Counted from the first letter of the stretch, positions 39,701 to 49,285 are shown. The stretch is 64,000 nucleotides of DNA from Planktothricoides raciborskii GIHE-MW2 (GCF_040564635.1 NZ_CP159837.1:355801-419800), one strand, 5' to 3'. Numbers and translations are program-made. The notes: generated by a model not told the origin, from the letters alone.

Positions 39701-42700
39701 GCGATCGTAAGCGGCGATCGCCTGATTTGCATCCCCAAGTAATCGCGCCGTTTCTGCTGCCACCAAGTCAACTTTATGCTGAAAATTCATCGGCGCAGAC
39801 AAAGCCCACTTTTTCAGTTTTCCTTGATACTTGGTGACAATTTTTAACAGTCGGCGCTGTTCTTTTTTTGGCAAGGTTCGCCCCTGCATTAATAACAGTA
39901 AAGAAATATAAAATTTAAATTGAATTTGCGTTATTAAATCCGCATCCTGGTGAATCTTTTGATATCTCTCGATCGTCTCAATTGCTGATTCTGGTTGATT
40001 CCGTAAATAAGCTACTATGATTTTTGCCAGGGCGTTGGCATGGTTGACCGCTAGAGGGCTAGATGCTTCCTGGTTCGGGAAAATTTGCTCGGTTTGGCGA
40101 TCGCATTCACGGCGACTTAAACTAAAAGCCAATTGTTTCCAGAGATTTAACTGGGCGATCGCTAAATTTTGATTCAAGGGTGCTAATAATTCCAGATATT
40201 GCGTAGCCTTATGCCACACAAATAGCAAATTTTCGCCCAAGAAAAAACGGTGCAGACACTCATCAACTGCTGCATATCCTGCATATTCAAAGTCTCCGTT
40301 TTCTAACCCTGATTGAACCGTTTCTCTTAACGGTATAATACTTTCTTTTAAGTGGCATTTGGCTACATTAATCTGACCATAAAACGTTCGATAGACTCTG
40401 GGTTTTAATTCCGTAGCCTCAAATTTATCCAATAAATTTAAAGACAGTTGACCTAACTCATATCCCAGGGCGATCGCCAGCCCCCGCCGACAGAGAAGCG
40501 CCCCATAAATTCCGTACCCATAAGCCGCAAAAGGAGAATTGCCATAAGTCCGGGATAATTGCACCATTTTTAACACCACTAAACTGAATAATCTCGGATT
40601 AATCTGGGCGGTGGGTGGGGCTAAATTCAGCAATATTCGCATGGCAGCTAATTGATAGGTATCGGTCATCAATGGTAATTTTTTTATAGATGTAATCTGA
40701 TTTTCTTCTATAAATAAATTAGCCAGCAATTTTTCCCAAAACTCTGAAAATTGACTGGGAAATTGAGGTAGGATAATTTTTAGTTCTTTTAAGGCAATCA
40801 ACCCATTCATCACCGCTGGCTGAATTTGATTGCTACCGATATAAAACTGAATTTTTAGCTCATATACTTTAACTCGTTCTAAGGTAGTTTTGGCATTTTG
40901 CAGAATCACCTCAGCCCAGGGTTCAATTTGGGCAAATTCCATATTCAGATAAGCCGCTTGTAGGGCTTCGATATGCAGCACCAGGGTCAGGTCATAATGG
41001 GTTTGCCAACTTTCTGGTGTCAGCAGTTTTAACCCCATCGTTAAATACTGATAAGCCGCTTCATAAGCCGTCGCTATTTTTGCTTTTTGTCCGGCCATTA
41101 AATTTAATCTAGCTAATTCATATTTTTGAGATAAATCGGTGATGCTGCTGCTGCCCAAATTCATTTGATTCACAATGGCAAAAATTTCCTCATACCGTCG
41201 ATCCGGTGGCGTATGTTGCAAAAGCGACTGACCAATTTTTAAATGAAGTTTGCTAGATTCATTGGCAGAAATTAAGCCATAAACTGCTTGCTGTACTCGG
41301 TCATGGAAAAATTGATAAACTAATTGAGGAAACTTAATAATTTCAATGTCTGACTGTAGAGACTTTGCGGTCTCTAAATCCTGGGAAATTACCGTCATTT
41401 TCCCCTGATTTAGGCAGGGATTTAGGTAGGGATTTAGGCAGGCGATCGCATAAGGATCGTGTCCTTGGAGGACAATCAAATCACCTTGGATTGCCGGTTG
41501 CATTTGTTCCAGGGTAATTACCAAAGAAGTTTGGGCAGCGATCGCCAGAAACTCTAAATTAAATCGGTTGCCTAGGCAAGCTGCTAATTTTAAAATCTCC
41601 AAAGTGCCTGATGGCAAATTGATCAATTTTTTCTGAATTAATTCCCCGACGTTTTCGGTAATTTCTACGGATTGAATCTGCTCGATATCCCATTGCCAGC
41701 GGCGGGTTTCCCGGTTATATATTAATAGCTTTTGCTGATACAAAGATTGTAAAAGTTGCTTTAAGAAAAAAGGATTGCCGCTGGTTTTATGAAATAACAG
41801 TTCTGCCAAGGGTTGAGTCCATTCTGGAGGACATTGCAGGGTATCACTGATCAGTTCATCGATCGCATTAATCGTTAAGGGACGGAGTTTAATCTCGGTG
41901 ACTCGCTGAGGGTTAGGCTGAGGGTTAGATTGAATTTGATCTAACGTCAATTGCCAAGCTTCAGTTGCCGATAGATCGCGATCGCGATACGTCCCCACGA
42001 TCACCAGACGACTGGGGCGATCGCTCTCAGGATCCCTGTCAGGATCGCTGTCAGGAACCGATAATGGGTCAACCGGGGCGATCGCTTCTGGATCCTCCCC
42101 TGAACTGTTGCTGACTAAGGGGCGATTCCGCGAAGCGGATCCGGAAAGGGAATCGCGATCGCGAACCGTTGCGGATGCAATATCGAAAATCAAGCACTCT
42201 AGTAACTTAAGGGAAGCAGAATCTGCCCACTGGAGATCGTCCAAAAATATCACCAATGGAGAGTTCTGACTAAACACCGAGATCAACTCTAAAAACAGTA
42301 AATTAAACTGATTTTCTGATTCCGTCACCCCAAGTTTTTTGACTGGCGGTTGTTTACCCAGAATCAATTCCAACTCAGGAATGACCTCAACCATGACCTG
42401 AGCATTTTGGCCTAACTTATGCATAATTTTTTCCTGCCAAGCTTGCACTTTGGCTTCGCTTTCCGTTAAAACTTGGCAAATTAATTCCTGCATTGCATTC
42501 AGCCACGCGGAATAAGGAACATTCCGCTGATACTGATCGAATTTTCCCCCAATAAAATAACCCCGATTCGCCACAATCGGCTGATGAATTTCCCGGACTA
42601 AGGCAGATTTGCCAATCCCAGAATACCCAGAAATTAAAACGACTTGTGGGTGGCGGGGACATTTTTTTTTCATGGCATCATGGCCAGACTTACTCGCCGA

Positions 42701-43675
42701 ATTAACCGCTTGAAAAATTTTAATTAAAGTCGCCAGTTCTTTTTCTCGACCGTAGAGCTTCTGGGGAATTTGAAATTGCTCCGCCATATCCTGTTGTCCC
42801 AGGATAAAATTTTCTATAGTTCCGGTAAAAATCAACTGATCTAAACAAGTTTGTAAATCGGCTTGAAGTCCCCGAATGCTTTGATATCTGTCTTCAGCAT
42901 TTTTCGCCAATAATTTGAAAACAATGTTAGCCAATGACTGGGGTATTGCCAATTTTGGATTTAGTGACGGGGCAATCGGCTGGGGAGTTTTGGCAATATG
43001 ACAATAAATCCATTCTAAAGGTTCACTGGCTTCAAAGGGTAGATTTCCCGTTAACATTTGATAAAATGTCACACCCAAAGAATAGAAATCTGTGCGATAA
43101 TCAATGCCCCGATTCATTCTGCCGGTTTGTTCAGGAGAAGTATAAGCGCTGATACCAGGGATATGGCGAAAATCTCTCAAATTATTTCCTTGCCCAGGGA
43201 GGTGTTCTACCGGGCTGGCCATGCTAAAATCAATCAGTTTAATGATTTTACTAATCGGGTTAATTAAAATATTTCCGGGATGAATATTTTGATGAATTAT
43301 TTGTGCTTTTTGTAAGACATCTAAACTCTGGGTTAGCTGAAGCGCCAGAGTCAAAAAATCCAGACAAGATAAGGGATGATTGACTAAAAATTTTGTCAAA
43401 GATTCCCCGCCAAAGTCTTCTAATATTAAAGCCGGGATTCCTTGATTAGTTTGGCAGAGTTCATAGATTTTGATTAATCCCGGATCGTTGAAATTTTTGC
43501 CGATCGCATACTCATGGGTAATCCGCGAAATATTTAACCAATGATTTGGCGATTCTGCCCTAGGAATTTTAATTATTACTGGCTGGCGATCGCGTTGTCG
43601 TTCTCCTCGGTAGACTAATGTGCGATCGCTCTGATGGATCGTTTCATTCATGTTGTATCCAGGGATAAAAATCAT
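36791..43675 (-). CDS. HstK-like giant hybrid signalling protein: Ser/Thr kinase - P-loop (STAND/AAA-like) NTPase - TPR-like helical region - GAF - GAF - PAS - histidine kinase (HisKA + HATPase_c)
   Basis: 2294 aa; N-terminal Hanks motifs (HQNIHPGNILIN, DFSMA); Walker A VLISGYSGIGKSAL; C-terminal H-box HEINNPVSFIYSNL and G-boxes (DNGLGI, GSGTGLGLSVS). Confidence 0.9.
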   Translation of the reverse strand: MIFIPGYNMNETIHQSDRTLVYRGERQRDRQPVIIKIPRAESPNHWLNISRITHEYAIGKNFNDPGLIKIYELCQTNQGIPALILEDFGGESLTKFLVNHPLSCLDFLTLALQLTQSLDVLQKAQIIHQNIHPGNILINPISKIIKLIDFSMASPVEHLPGQGNNLRDFRHIPGISAYTSPEQTGRMNRGIDYRTDFYSLGVTFYQMLTGNLPFEASEPLEWIYCHIAKTPQPIAPSLNPKLAIPQSLANIVFKLLAKNAEDRYQSIRGLQADLQTCLDQLIFTGTIENFILGQQDMAEQFQIPQKLYGREKELATLIKIFQAVNSASKSGHDAMKKKCPRHPQVVLISGYSGIGKSALVREIHQPIVANRGYFIGGKFDQYQRNVPYSAWLNAMQELICQVLTESEAKVQAWQEKIMHKLGQNAQVMVEVIPELELILGKQPPVKKLGVTESENQFNLLFLELISVFSQNSPLVIFLDDLQWADSASLKLLECLIFDIASATVRDRDSLSGSASRNRPLVSNSSGEDPEAIAPVDPLSVPDSDPDRDPESDRPSRLVIVGTYRDRDLSATEAWQLTLDQIQSNPQPNPQRVTEIKLRPLTINAIDELISDTLQCPPEWTQPLAELLFHKTSGNPFFLKQLLQSLYQQKLLIYNRETRRWQWDIEQIQSVEITENVGELIQKKLINLPSGTLEILKLAACLGNRFNLEFLAIAAQTSLVITLEQMQPAIQGDLIVLQGHDPYAIACLNPYLNPCLNQGKMTVISQDLETAKSLQSDIEIIKFPQLVYQFFHDRVQQAVYGLISANESSKLHLKIGQSLLQHTPPDRRYEEIFAIVNQMNLGSSSITDLSQKYELARLNLMAGQKAKIATAYEAAYQYLTMGLKLLTPESWQTHYDLTLVLHIEALQAAYLNMEFAQIEPWAEVILQNAKTTLERVKVYELKIQFYIGSNQIQPAVMNGLIALKELKIILPQFPSQFSEFWEKLLANLFIEENQITSIKKLPLMTDTYQLAAMRILLNLAPPTAQINPRLFSLVVLKMVQLSRTYGNSPFAAYGYGIYGALLCRRGLAIALGYELGQLSLNLLDKFEATELKPRVYRTFYGQINVAKCHLKESIIPLRETVQSGLENGDFEYAGYAAVDECLHRFFLGENLLFVWHKATQYLELLAPLNQNLAIAQLNLWKQLAFSLSRRECDRQTEQIFPNQEASSPLAVNHANALAKIIVAYLRNQPESAIETIERYQKIHQDADLITQIQFKFYISLLLLMQGRTLPKKEQRRLLKIVTKYQGKLKKWALSAPMNFQHKVDLVAAETARLLGDANQAIAAYDRAITGATQQGYIHEAAIANQRAGEFYQERGNQKIAEIYLRDAYDGYLNWGAIAIVKQLETKYPQLFSSSITQPIKLDSAATTDQIDPIYRIDRTSRPITPTQPPSVDFNTVIKALQSLSSEIILENLLDQIMTMLVENAGATTGCLLWELEGTWEIKARAVLNEAQTIMGESAPHRCRERSPVETREYVPLSVINYVEKTGEDLVLDDATLDERFSQDAYIQTKQPKSMICTSILHQNKMMGLLYLENHLTSSAFSSQNLTILKLLSSQAAICWENAQLYNSISLREKRLRSQSSTLLKLSQRNRQQNSLEFRKAYAPTQDIFALVNRNFQQKLTSLSQDFTPGKTHSSDRSDDLLLSVKEILEASARTLEIERVSVWIYNDQRTQIKCFDLYEQTPNRHTSGMDLSVSDYPTYFRVLSTERIIAAYDGRTDMRTAEFRDQYLIPLGITSMLEAPIRVGGQMVGVLCHEHIGAPRHWAIEEENFAASLADLLALAIERSYRAKAEQERDRFFSLSQDLLCVIDFQGQFTQLNPAWERTLAISTEQMLGKSFLEFVHPEDRPSTQTATEKLVSQQEIITFENRYRCADGSYRWLFWNATPDLERELIYAVVHDITYRVEAEAALKQANEELEIRVEARTAELQEAIASLQNANKQLQDEIIFRRTTEEALRYSRSRLKDQTQELQNALDQLQRTQIQLVQNEKMASLGQLVAGIAHEINNPVSFIYSNLDPLNHYINDLLHLLNLYRQEYPQINPIIEEGIAAVELDFLVEDIPKLLESMKSGADRIRKIVLSLRNFSRLDEAAKKRVDIHEGLESTLLILQNQLKEIQLVKNFGELPPVECYSAQINQVFMNILANAIDALQQKYLNSKEKPAQNLSSDENFPQIIIETEQIHESVRISIADNGLGIPENIQNRIFDPFFTTKPVGSGTGLGLSVSYQIVVEKHQGNLFCHSEPGKGTEFVIILPLRLPD

Positions 43676-44324
43676 AGGAATTCCTAAATGGTAGATTCTG
43701 ATCTTTTTTTGGTTTTAATCAAGACTTGACTAGGCTTTTATGTCGCGGCTGCTTGCTGATTTCCCATAATAGTCTGAGTCCATCTTCCCTTGTCCATAAA
43801 AGAGCTAACAGTAGCTGCTGTAACAGAGATGATGTCAATTGTAGCAAAATTTTGCCCCCTGACTTACCCAGCTTTTTGCCGGGGCTGACTGCCCAAGGAT
43901 TTGATGCCCATCCTTTTGACGATTGCCAACTAATATTTTTTGCACATTGAGGGATTTGCATCAGACCCAATTCTTCAGAATTTTAAGCCAGGTTTATCCC
44001 GGAGTTACAGCCTTAATTAAACCCAGGCATAATCCAGCCCCAGGCTTAGGTAAAAAAACTGGTGTTCCCTATGCGATCGCCGAAAAAAGCTAAAAAATCG
44101 CTTTAATCCCTGGGCAATCCTGAAAACCACGTGCTATAATAGTATGTAAGATAAACGGGATTTGATGCCCTAGTAAATTGTTGATTTTGTCGAAGATATT
44201 TCTATTTATTTTTCACCTTTGTTCCCATAAATATGCATCGATCATATCTTATGCCCAAATACGCCCAAATATCCCATTAGCTATTCCGCTTTCAGGATTT
44301 TTTTGATTCAATAGGTAAAAACTT

Positions 44325-44891
44325 ATGTTGCATAATTTTTTAAGCAAAATCGAATTACAGCAAGTTATTGAGAAAATCAATCAACGACAGCAAGGAGATG
44401 CGTTTTCCTCTGTGATGGTGGAAAAAGTCTTAGGGGTGGGAAAACCCTGGAAACAATTAAATAAGTCAGAACTTTGTCAAATCCTAGAAGCTTGGGAACA
44501 CCTGTTAGCCAAATGTCCCCAAACTTCTGATTGGAAAACTATTAAAGTCAGCGATCGCCTCTTGTCAGCGACAGGGGATGGTCAACGCTGGGTAGACTAT
44601 TTTGGCTTTCCCTCATTCACCCCAGCGGCAGAGTTTGTTAGGCAAATTTTGCCTGATTGCCAATGGGTGCTGATTCGCAAAAGTGGCAAACGCTTAAATG
44701 CCAGTATCGAGTGCAAAGTCTGGGGCTTATCAGAGGCAAAATACCAAGAACTTGTTGATCAAGAAACAACCAAAAATATTCCATCCATGATTATGGTTTA
44801 TGACGCGGTAAACGGAGGTGAATACCAAACTTATATCAGAACCAATAATCCTGAAGTGGTGGAAAATTTTAAGGATTTAATCCTGAAATAG
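44325..44891 (+). CDS. hypothetical protein
   Basis: 188-aa ORF with plausible codon usage; no recognisable family; immediately followed by complex repeat element A. Confidence 0.5.
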   Translation: MLHNFLSKIELQQVIEKINQRQQGDAFSSVMVEKVLGVGKPWKQLNKSELCQILEAWEHLLAKCPQTSDWKTIKVSDRLLSATGDGQRWVDYFGFPSFTPAAEFVRQILPDCQWVLIRKSGKRLNASIECKVWGLSEAKYQELVDQETTKNIPSMIMVYDAVNGGEYQTYIRTNNPEVVENFKDLILK

Positions 44892-45135
44892 TTATTGGTT
44901 GTTGTTGGTTGGTTGTTGTTGGTTGGTTGTTGTTGGTTGGTTTTTGTTGGTTGGGGAAAGTGAAAAGTCGTAGGGGCGAATGGCCATTCGCCCGTACAAG
45001 TGAAAAGTGATGCATTTCCATGAAATATCACTATTCACTATTCACTATTCACTATTCACTTGTCACTTTTCACTCTCTCCTCTGCTCCTCTGCTCCCTAC
45101 ACCCTACACCCCACACCCCACACCCTATTGGTTGT
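44892..45135. repeat. complex repeat element A: (TTGGTTGTTG)n + 28-bp palindrome GTAGGGGCGAATGGCCATTCGCCCgTAC + (CACTATT)4 + (CTCTGCTC)2 + (CCCTACACC/CCCCACA)n
   Basis: Homologous copy B at 46747-47037 in the same orientation; C-rich heptamers are the complement of a G-quadruplex-capable GGGTGTA array. Confidence 0.8.
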
Positions 45136-45216
45136 TGGTTGTTTGGCTAAACTAATAACTAATAACCAATGCTGAGGGTAATTTTGCTAGAAGCAAAATT
45201 ACCCCAGGTATTATTT

Positions 45217-45687
45217 TTACTTAATTTGTCGAGTATTTGGGGATGCTGCCGACCCATAATTAATTCGACAACCAATATTAAAGATACTCGAACCACACTC
45301 CAGGGGAACCACCTGGTCTTTGAGCATGGCACTACAGCTTACATATTGATCGTTATTGGTATCTTTAATCATACATTCAATCGGTTCAGCCCCCGCACGG
45401 GCTGACCAAGCTTTCATTCCCCAAACTGCCACAAAATGCTGCCAAAAGAAGATGATGAAAAATCCAGCCAATAATACAGAAAGGGCAATGCCAACTTTAA
45501 ACTGCCAACTTTTCAGAATTTCTGTTAACTTCCCCATCAGATTAGCCGATAAGGAAGTGACTGGATTAGTATTTTCTGGATTGGTTGCTTCTGGAGTTTT
45601 ATTTTCCTGATTTTCAGACATTAAGTAGACTCCTTGCCGATAAATTTCGATGACTGGTTTTCCAGGAATAGCCTGAATTTTAGCCAA
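45217..45687 (-). CDS. hypothetical membrane protein with Cys-rich C-terminal tail
   Basis: One strong TM helix (VGIALSVLLAGFFIIFFW); C-terminal region has 4 Cys; start uncertain (Met at 45687 or 45621). Confidence 0.45.
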   Translation of the reverse strand: MAKIQAIPGKPVIEIYRQGVYLMSENQENKTPEATNPENTNPVTSLSANLMGKLTEILKSWQFKVGIALSVLLAGFFIIFFWQHFVAVWGMKAWSARAGAEPIECMIKDTNNDQYVSCSAMLKDQVVPLECGSSIFNIGCRINYGSAASPNTRQIK

Positions 45688-45943
45688 TTACTTAGTCAGT
45701 TTAGCAAAATAGTCCCGCTCTTGGCTGAGGATTTCACAAATTATTAATATGTGATTTAGAATTTTTGCTTTAGATTTGCTTTCGGAAGTCTCTGACAAAA
45801 AAACCCGGTTTGTTCAAAAAAACCGGGGGTTTGGGGATTTCGCTTATGCTAAAAGGCTATAAATCAATTTTTAATCCGGTTTTTGGGGGTTAATCAAGCG
45901 ATCGCGGAAAAAAGACTGAGTTAATCAAAAAATAGGTTCTAGG

Positions 45944-46255
45944 CTAAACCGTGCAAGCAATTTTGCTATGCAGTTCGTTAATAAAGTGTTGAAATTCTCT
46001 TTGTTTTCTGGCATCCGCTTCTTCTTCTAGCCAAGTTTTCACGGAGGAAACTGTATTTTGTATCCGCTCTTTTTCAACTCGAAATTCATCGAGAACTTGG
46101 CTTAAAGTTTCATCGGATAAATGTTCTATCATCACGTTGATATATTCAGCCACCAGTTCTTCTGCTTCATTGTCTTTAACTGGGCCTTCCGCACCTACCG
46201 CATCATGGAATCGGCGGGCTAGACGATTAAATGCTTCGTATGCTTGATGAGACAT
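45944..46255 (-). CDS. hypothetical acidic helical protein
   Basis: 103-aa ORF, predicted all-alpha, no recognisable family. Confidence 0.45.
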   Translation of the reverse strand: MSHQAYEAFNRLARRFHDAVGAEGPVKDNEAEELVAEYINVMIEHLSDETLSQVLDEFRVEKERIQNTVSSVKTWLEEEADARKQREFQHFINELHSKIACTV

Positions 46256-46479
46256 TTGTGATTCTCCTTTAATATATATGCTTTGCCTATACTGTTACTA
46301 TAGCTACAATTTTTTTGTTTGTCAAGATATGATGACATTACTTCATAATCAATCCCCAGGGGATGAAATCGCAGTAAAATAAACGTTGTTGGTGATTGGT
46401 GATTTGTGATTTGCAGTTCAGCCAAATTCTTAATCACCAGTCATCAATCACTAAACACCAATAAAAAACGGAGGAAACG

Positions 46480-46746
46480 ATGCCAAGTCCAATTATGTAT
46501 GAAGCGGAAGAAACTTTTGTGGTTCTAGACCCGAACCTGTTGGAAGAAGAATTTATGACTGGGGAGGAACTTTTGATTAAGTTAAAACAAATTTTATCCC
46601 AGACTCCTGTGGATGAATTAACCCCAGATATCAGAAAATATAGCTCCCTTGATGAGCAAGCGAAATATTTACTTACCACCGGCTGTGAGTTGCAAATGGC
46701 ACCAGGAAAAACTCTGCAATGGTATGTAGTGCGATTGGAAAAATAG
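46480..46746 (+). CDS. hypothetical small protein
   Basis: 88-aa ORF preceded by GTGATTGGTGATTTGTGATTTG / ATCACCAGTCATCAATCAC inverted repeats and directly followed by repeat element B. Confidence 0.45.
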   Translation: MPSPIMYEAEETFVVLDPNLLEEEFMTGEELLIKLKQILSQTPVDELTPDIRKYSSLDEQAKYLLTTGCELQMAPGKTLQWYVVRLEK

Positions 46747-47037
46747 CTTAATTTTTGTTGTTGGTTGGTTGTTGTTTGTTGGGTAGGGATTCTTTGGTTG
46801 TTGTTGGTTGTTGGTTGGTTGTTGGGTAGGGATTCTTTGGTTGTTGGTTGTTGGTTGGTTGTTGGGGAAAGAGGAAAGTTGTAGGGGCGAATGGCCATTC
46901 GCCCCTACAAGTGAAAATAAGTATCACTATTCACTATTCACTATTCACTTTCCCCTCTGCCCCTCTGCCCCCCTGCACCCCTACACCCTACACCCCACAC
47001 CCTACACCCTACACCCTACACCCTCTCTTCCCTGGTT
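46747..47037. repeat. complex repeat element B (second copy of element A, with expanded TTGGTTGTTGG block)
   Basis: Shares the GTAGGGGCGAATGGCCATTCGCCCCTAC palindrome, CACTATT triplet, CTCTGCCC pair and CCCTACACC heptamer array with element A. Confidence 0.8.
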
Positions 47038-47587
47038 AATTTTTGGGCTGGGTAATCAGGGCTACATCTATTCTATCTTTTTTCGGTTGGGTAATTTCAG
47101 CCCGGATTCCTGGCCCAAAAAACTTTTCGATTTTTTCCCGTTTTTCTTGCCAGGTTTCTAGGGTAAATTTGGGTGAGTCAAATTCTAAAATTAACCCATA
47201 GTTGTCATCAATTTCTATTTCCCGTAATGCCGCCAGTACCGGACGTTCTTTGTCGTTAGGATTTAAGCCAAATCGCTGTAATGAATCATCCAAGTGAGCA
47301 TCTTGACCGTAACGATACCGGGTCACGTCTTTGCGGATTTGATTTTGAATTTCCGTGGCCATTTTTTGACGCAATGCCAGGACTTTCTCGGAGGTTGGTT
47401 GACTAAATGGGACGGGTTTGAGTTCGGCAGATTTGAGGGCTAAACCTCCGAGTAATAAGGGAATGCCATAAAAAAATCCGGCTAGGTTTAAGGTGGCATA
47501 GTCGGCAAAGTAAGCCGCAAATCCCACTACGGTGAGGATACCGCCAATGACTAAACCGACAGAACTGAGAGAGATTTTACCAAACAT
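47036..47587 (-). CDS. conserved cyanobacterial membrane protein (two N-terminal TM helices + soluble C-terminal domain; possibly DUF2854)
   Basis: MFGKISLSSVGLVIGGILTVVGFAAYFADYATLNLAGFFYGIPLLLGGLAL... then a charged soluble domain; family name from memory. Confidence 0.5.
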   Translation of the reverse strand: MFGKISLSSVGLVIGGILTVVGFAAYFADYATLNLAGFFYGIPLLLGGLALKSAELKPVPFSQPTSEKVLALRQKMATEIQNQIRKDVTRYRYGQDAHLDDSLQRFGLNPNDKERPVLAALREIEIDDNYGLILEFDSPKFTLETWQEKREKIEKFFGPGIRAEITQPKKDRIDVALITQPKN

Positions 47588-47757
47588 AAGATAACGTTGA
47601 ACGAATCAATAATGTTCAAATTTTACAAAAAACAAGCGATCGCCTTTTTATTGTACCCCAAAGCGAGCGCTTTGATGATTTTATTTGGCTAATCGGTGGA
47701 TCTGCGTCCCCGAAATCCTGACACAAAGGTCAATTATTTAAGGATTATTTGACTAAT

Positions 47758-48945
47758 TTAAGGACTAACAATGTAAGAATTGTTCAACGGTTCGACTGCC
47801 CCAGCGATCGCCAAAGCTTGATGAATCATCACCGCTACTTCAGCCCGCGTTGCCGGTTGATTGGGATTCAGTAATGTGTGATCGGGATAATTAACTACCA
47901 GACGGTTTTGCGTCGCTGCCGCTACTTTCTGGATGGCATATTTGGGGATATCTTTGGCATCTTTATATTGTTTAATCATCCCCGCTGATTGGGACGGCAA
48001 ATTTAGATTTAAGCCGCTGGCAAGGGCGACTAAAACTTGCACGCGAGGAACTTTTTGTTCTGGTTGGAAAACTTCTCCGGGATATCCCCGTAAAAAGCCG
48101 CTTTCAGAAACTTGATTAATCGCCTGTGCTGCCCAATATTCTTGGGTAATATCTTTATATTTAACTCTTGTTTGCTTGGCTTTATGTTCAAAAACTTTTT
48201 GCAACTGAGCGGCTAATTCGGCACGGGTTATAGGCTCATTTGGTCGAAAAGAACCATCGGGAAAACCCGAAAGTACGTTAATCGTAAGTAGCGATTGAAT
48301 TTGGGGTTTTGCCCAATAATCATCGGGGACATCAGAAAATTTTTCTGCTGGCGTATTTGTTGGCGTATTTGTTGGGGTTGTCACCGCTGGTTTGCTGTCA
48401 GTTTTTTGGGCATTTTCTCCGGGAGTAGCGGTTTCAGCATTTGGGATTTTTGGGATAGCCCCTGAACCATTTTTTTTGCTGGTTTCTGGGGTTTCAACCT
48501 GGGGGGTTATTGGGGTGGAAAATGATGCAGTTTCAGGTAATTTTTGCGGCGTTGAGGCGGTTGAATTCACCCCAATTATTGCGTTTGAACCCAAGTCTGA
48601 TTTTGATGAGTTTTGATTCGTGGCACTCGGTGCAATTTTTCCCGGTAAGGAGGCATCTTTTTCTAAGGTTGGGGAATCATTAACAGATAATTTGGGCTGA
48701 TTTTCCCTAGTTGGCTGAATAGCGGCAACTTTTGAGGGTTCTGATGATTGACTTGATGGTGGAGAACTGACAAAAATTTGGGGAGATTTTAAGGTTAATG
48801 CTGAGTTATCCCGCAGCATAATCCAAAAGAATATGCTACCGATACCTAATAAAGCCACAATCACCGCAATGAATTCGTCCCATTGCCGGTTGTCTTTTGG
48901 TGATGCTTGGTCGTTTGAATTCGGTGAATTAGATGAGTTAGTCAT
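47758..48945 (-). CDS. S-layer-homology (SLH) domain cell-envelope protein with Pro/Thr/Ser-rich linker
   Basis: Three C-terminal SLH repeats (FSDVPDDYWAKPQIQSLL..., YKDITQEYWAAQAINQV..., YKDAKDIPKYAIQKVAAA...); N-terminal TM/signal; low-complexity middle. Confidence 0.8.
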   Translation of the reverse strand: MTNSSNSPNSNDQASPKDNRQWDEFIAVIVALLGIGSIFFWIMLRDNSALTLKSPQIFVSSPPSSQSSEPSKVAAIQPTRENQPKLSVNDSPTLEKDASLPGKIAPSATNQNSSKSDLGSNAIIGVNSTASTPQKLPETASFSTPITPQVETPETSKKNGSGAIPKIPNAETATPGENAQKTDSKPAVTTPTNTPTNTPAEKFSDVPDDYWAKPQIQSLLTINVLSGFPDGSFRPNEPITRAELAAQLQKVFEHKAKQTRVKYKDITQEYWAAQAINQVSESGFLRGYPGEVFQPEQKVPRVQVLVALASGLNLNLPSQSAGMIKQYKDAKDIPKYAIQKVAAATQNRLVVNYPDHTLLNPNQPATRAEVAVMIHQALAIAGAVEPLNNSYIVSP

Positions 48946-49285
48946 AGCGATCGCTCACAATGCAATAAGTGCAGCACCTACGCAGGGAGAGGATCGGGGC
49001 AACCATCGCCATCGGATTGCCCCTACAAAATCCCCCGCAAAATATTTACAGATAAATATTCTGCGTAAGTCCTAAAATTTATTTTGACACTGATTCTGGC
49101 TTTTGGGGCTGCGATCGCCCCTTCGCCCCCAAGCAAATCGCTGCCAAAGAAACCGGGTTTCTCCGATAATTTGTGTCGGAACGCCGATATTCCCTAAAAA
49201 AACCCGGTTTCTCAGAAAATATTTATCCCCTGAGAAACTCAGCGGTAGGATGAAATTATTGACGTTTTGTAACCGATCTAAATCT

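Noticed and set aside
37731-42662. Several 66-91-aa ORFs on either strand inside the 6.9-kb hstK gene
   Set aside because: They are internal to, or antisense to, a continuous 2294-codon gene with recognisable domains throughout.
46808-47161. 117-aa plus-strand ORF beginning in repeat element B (..PLHPYTLHPTPYTLHPTPS..)
   Set aside because: Its N-terminal half is translation of the CCCTACACC heptamer repeats and its C-terminal half overlaps the opposite-strand membrane protein gene.
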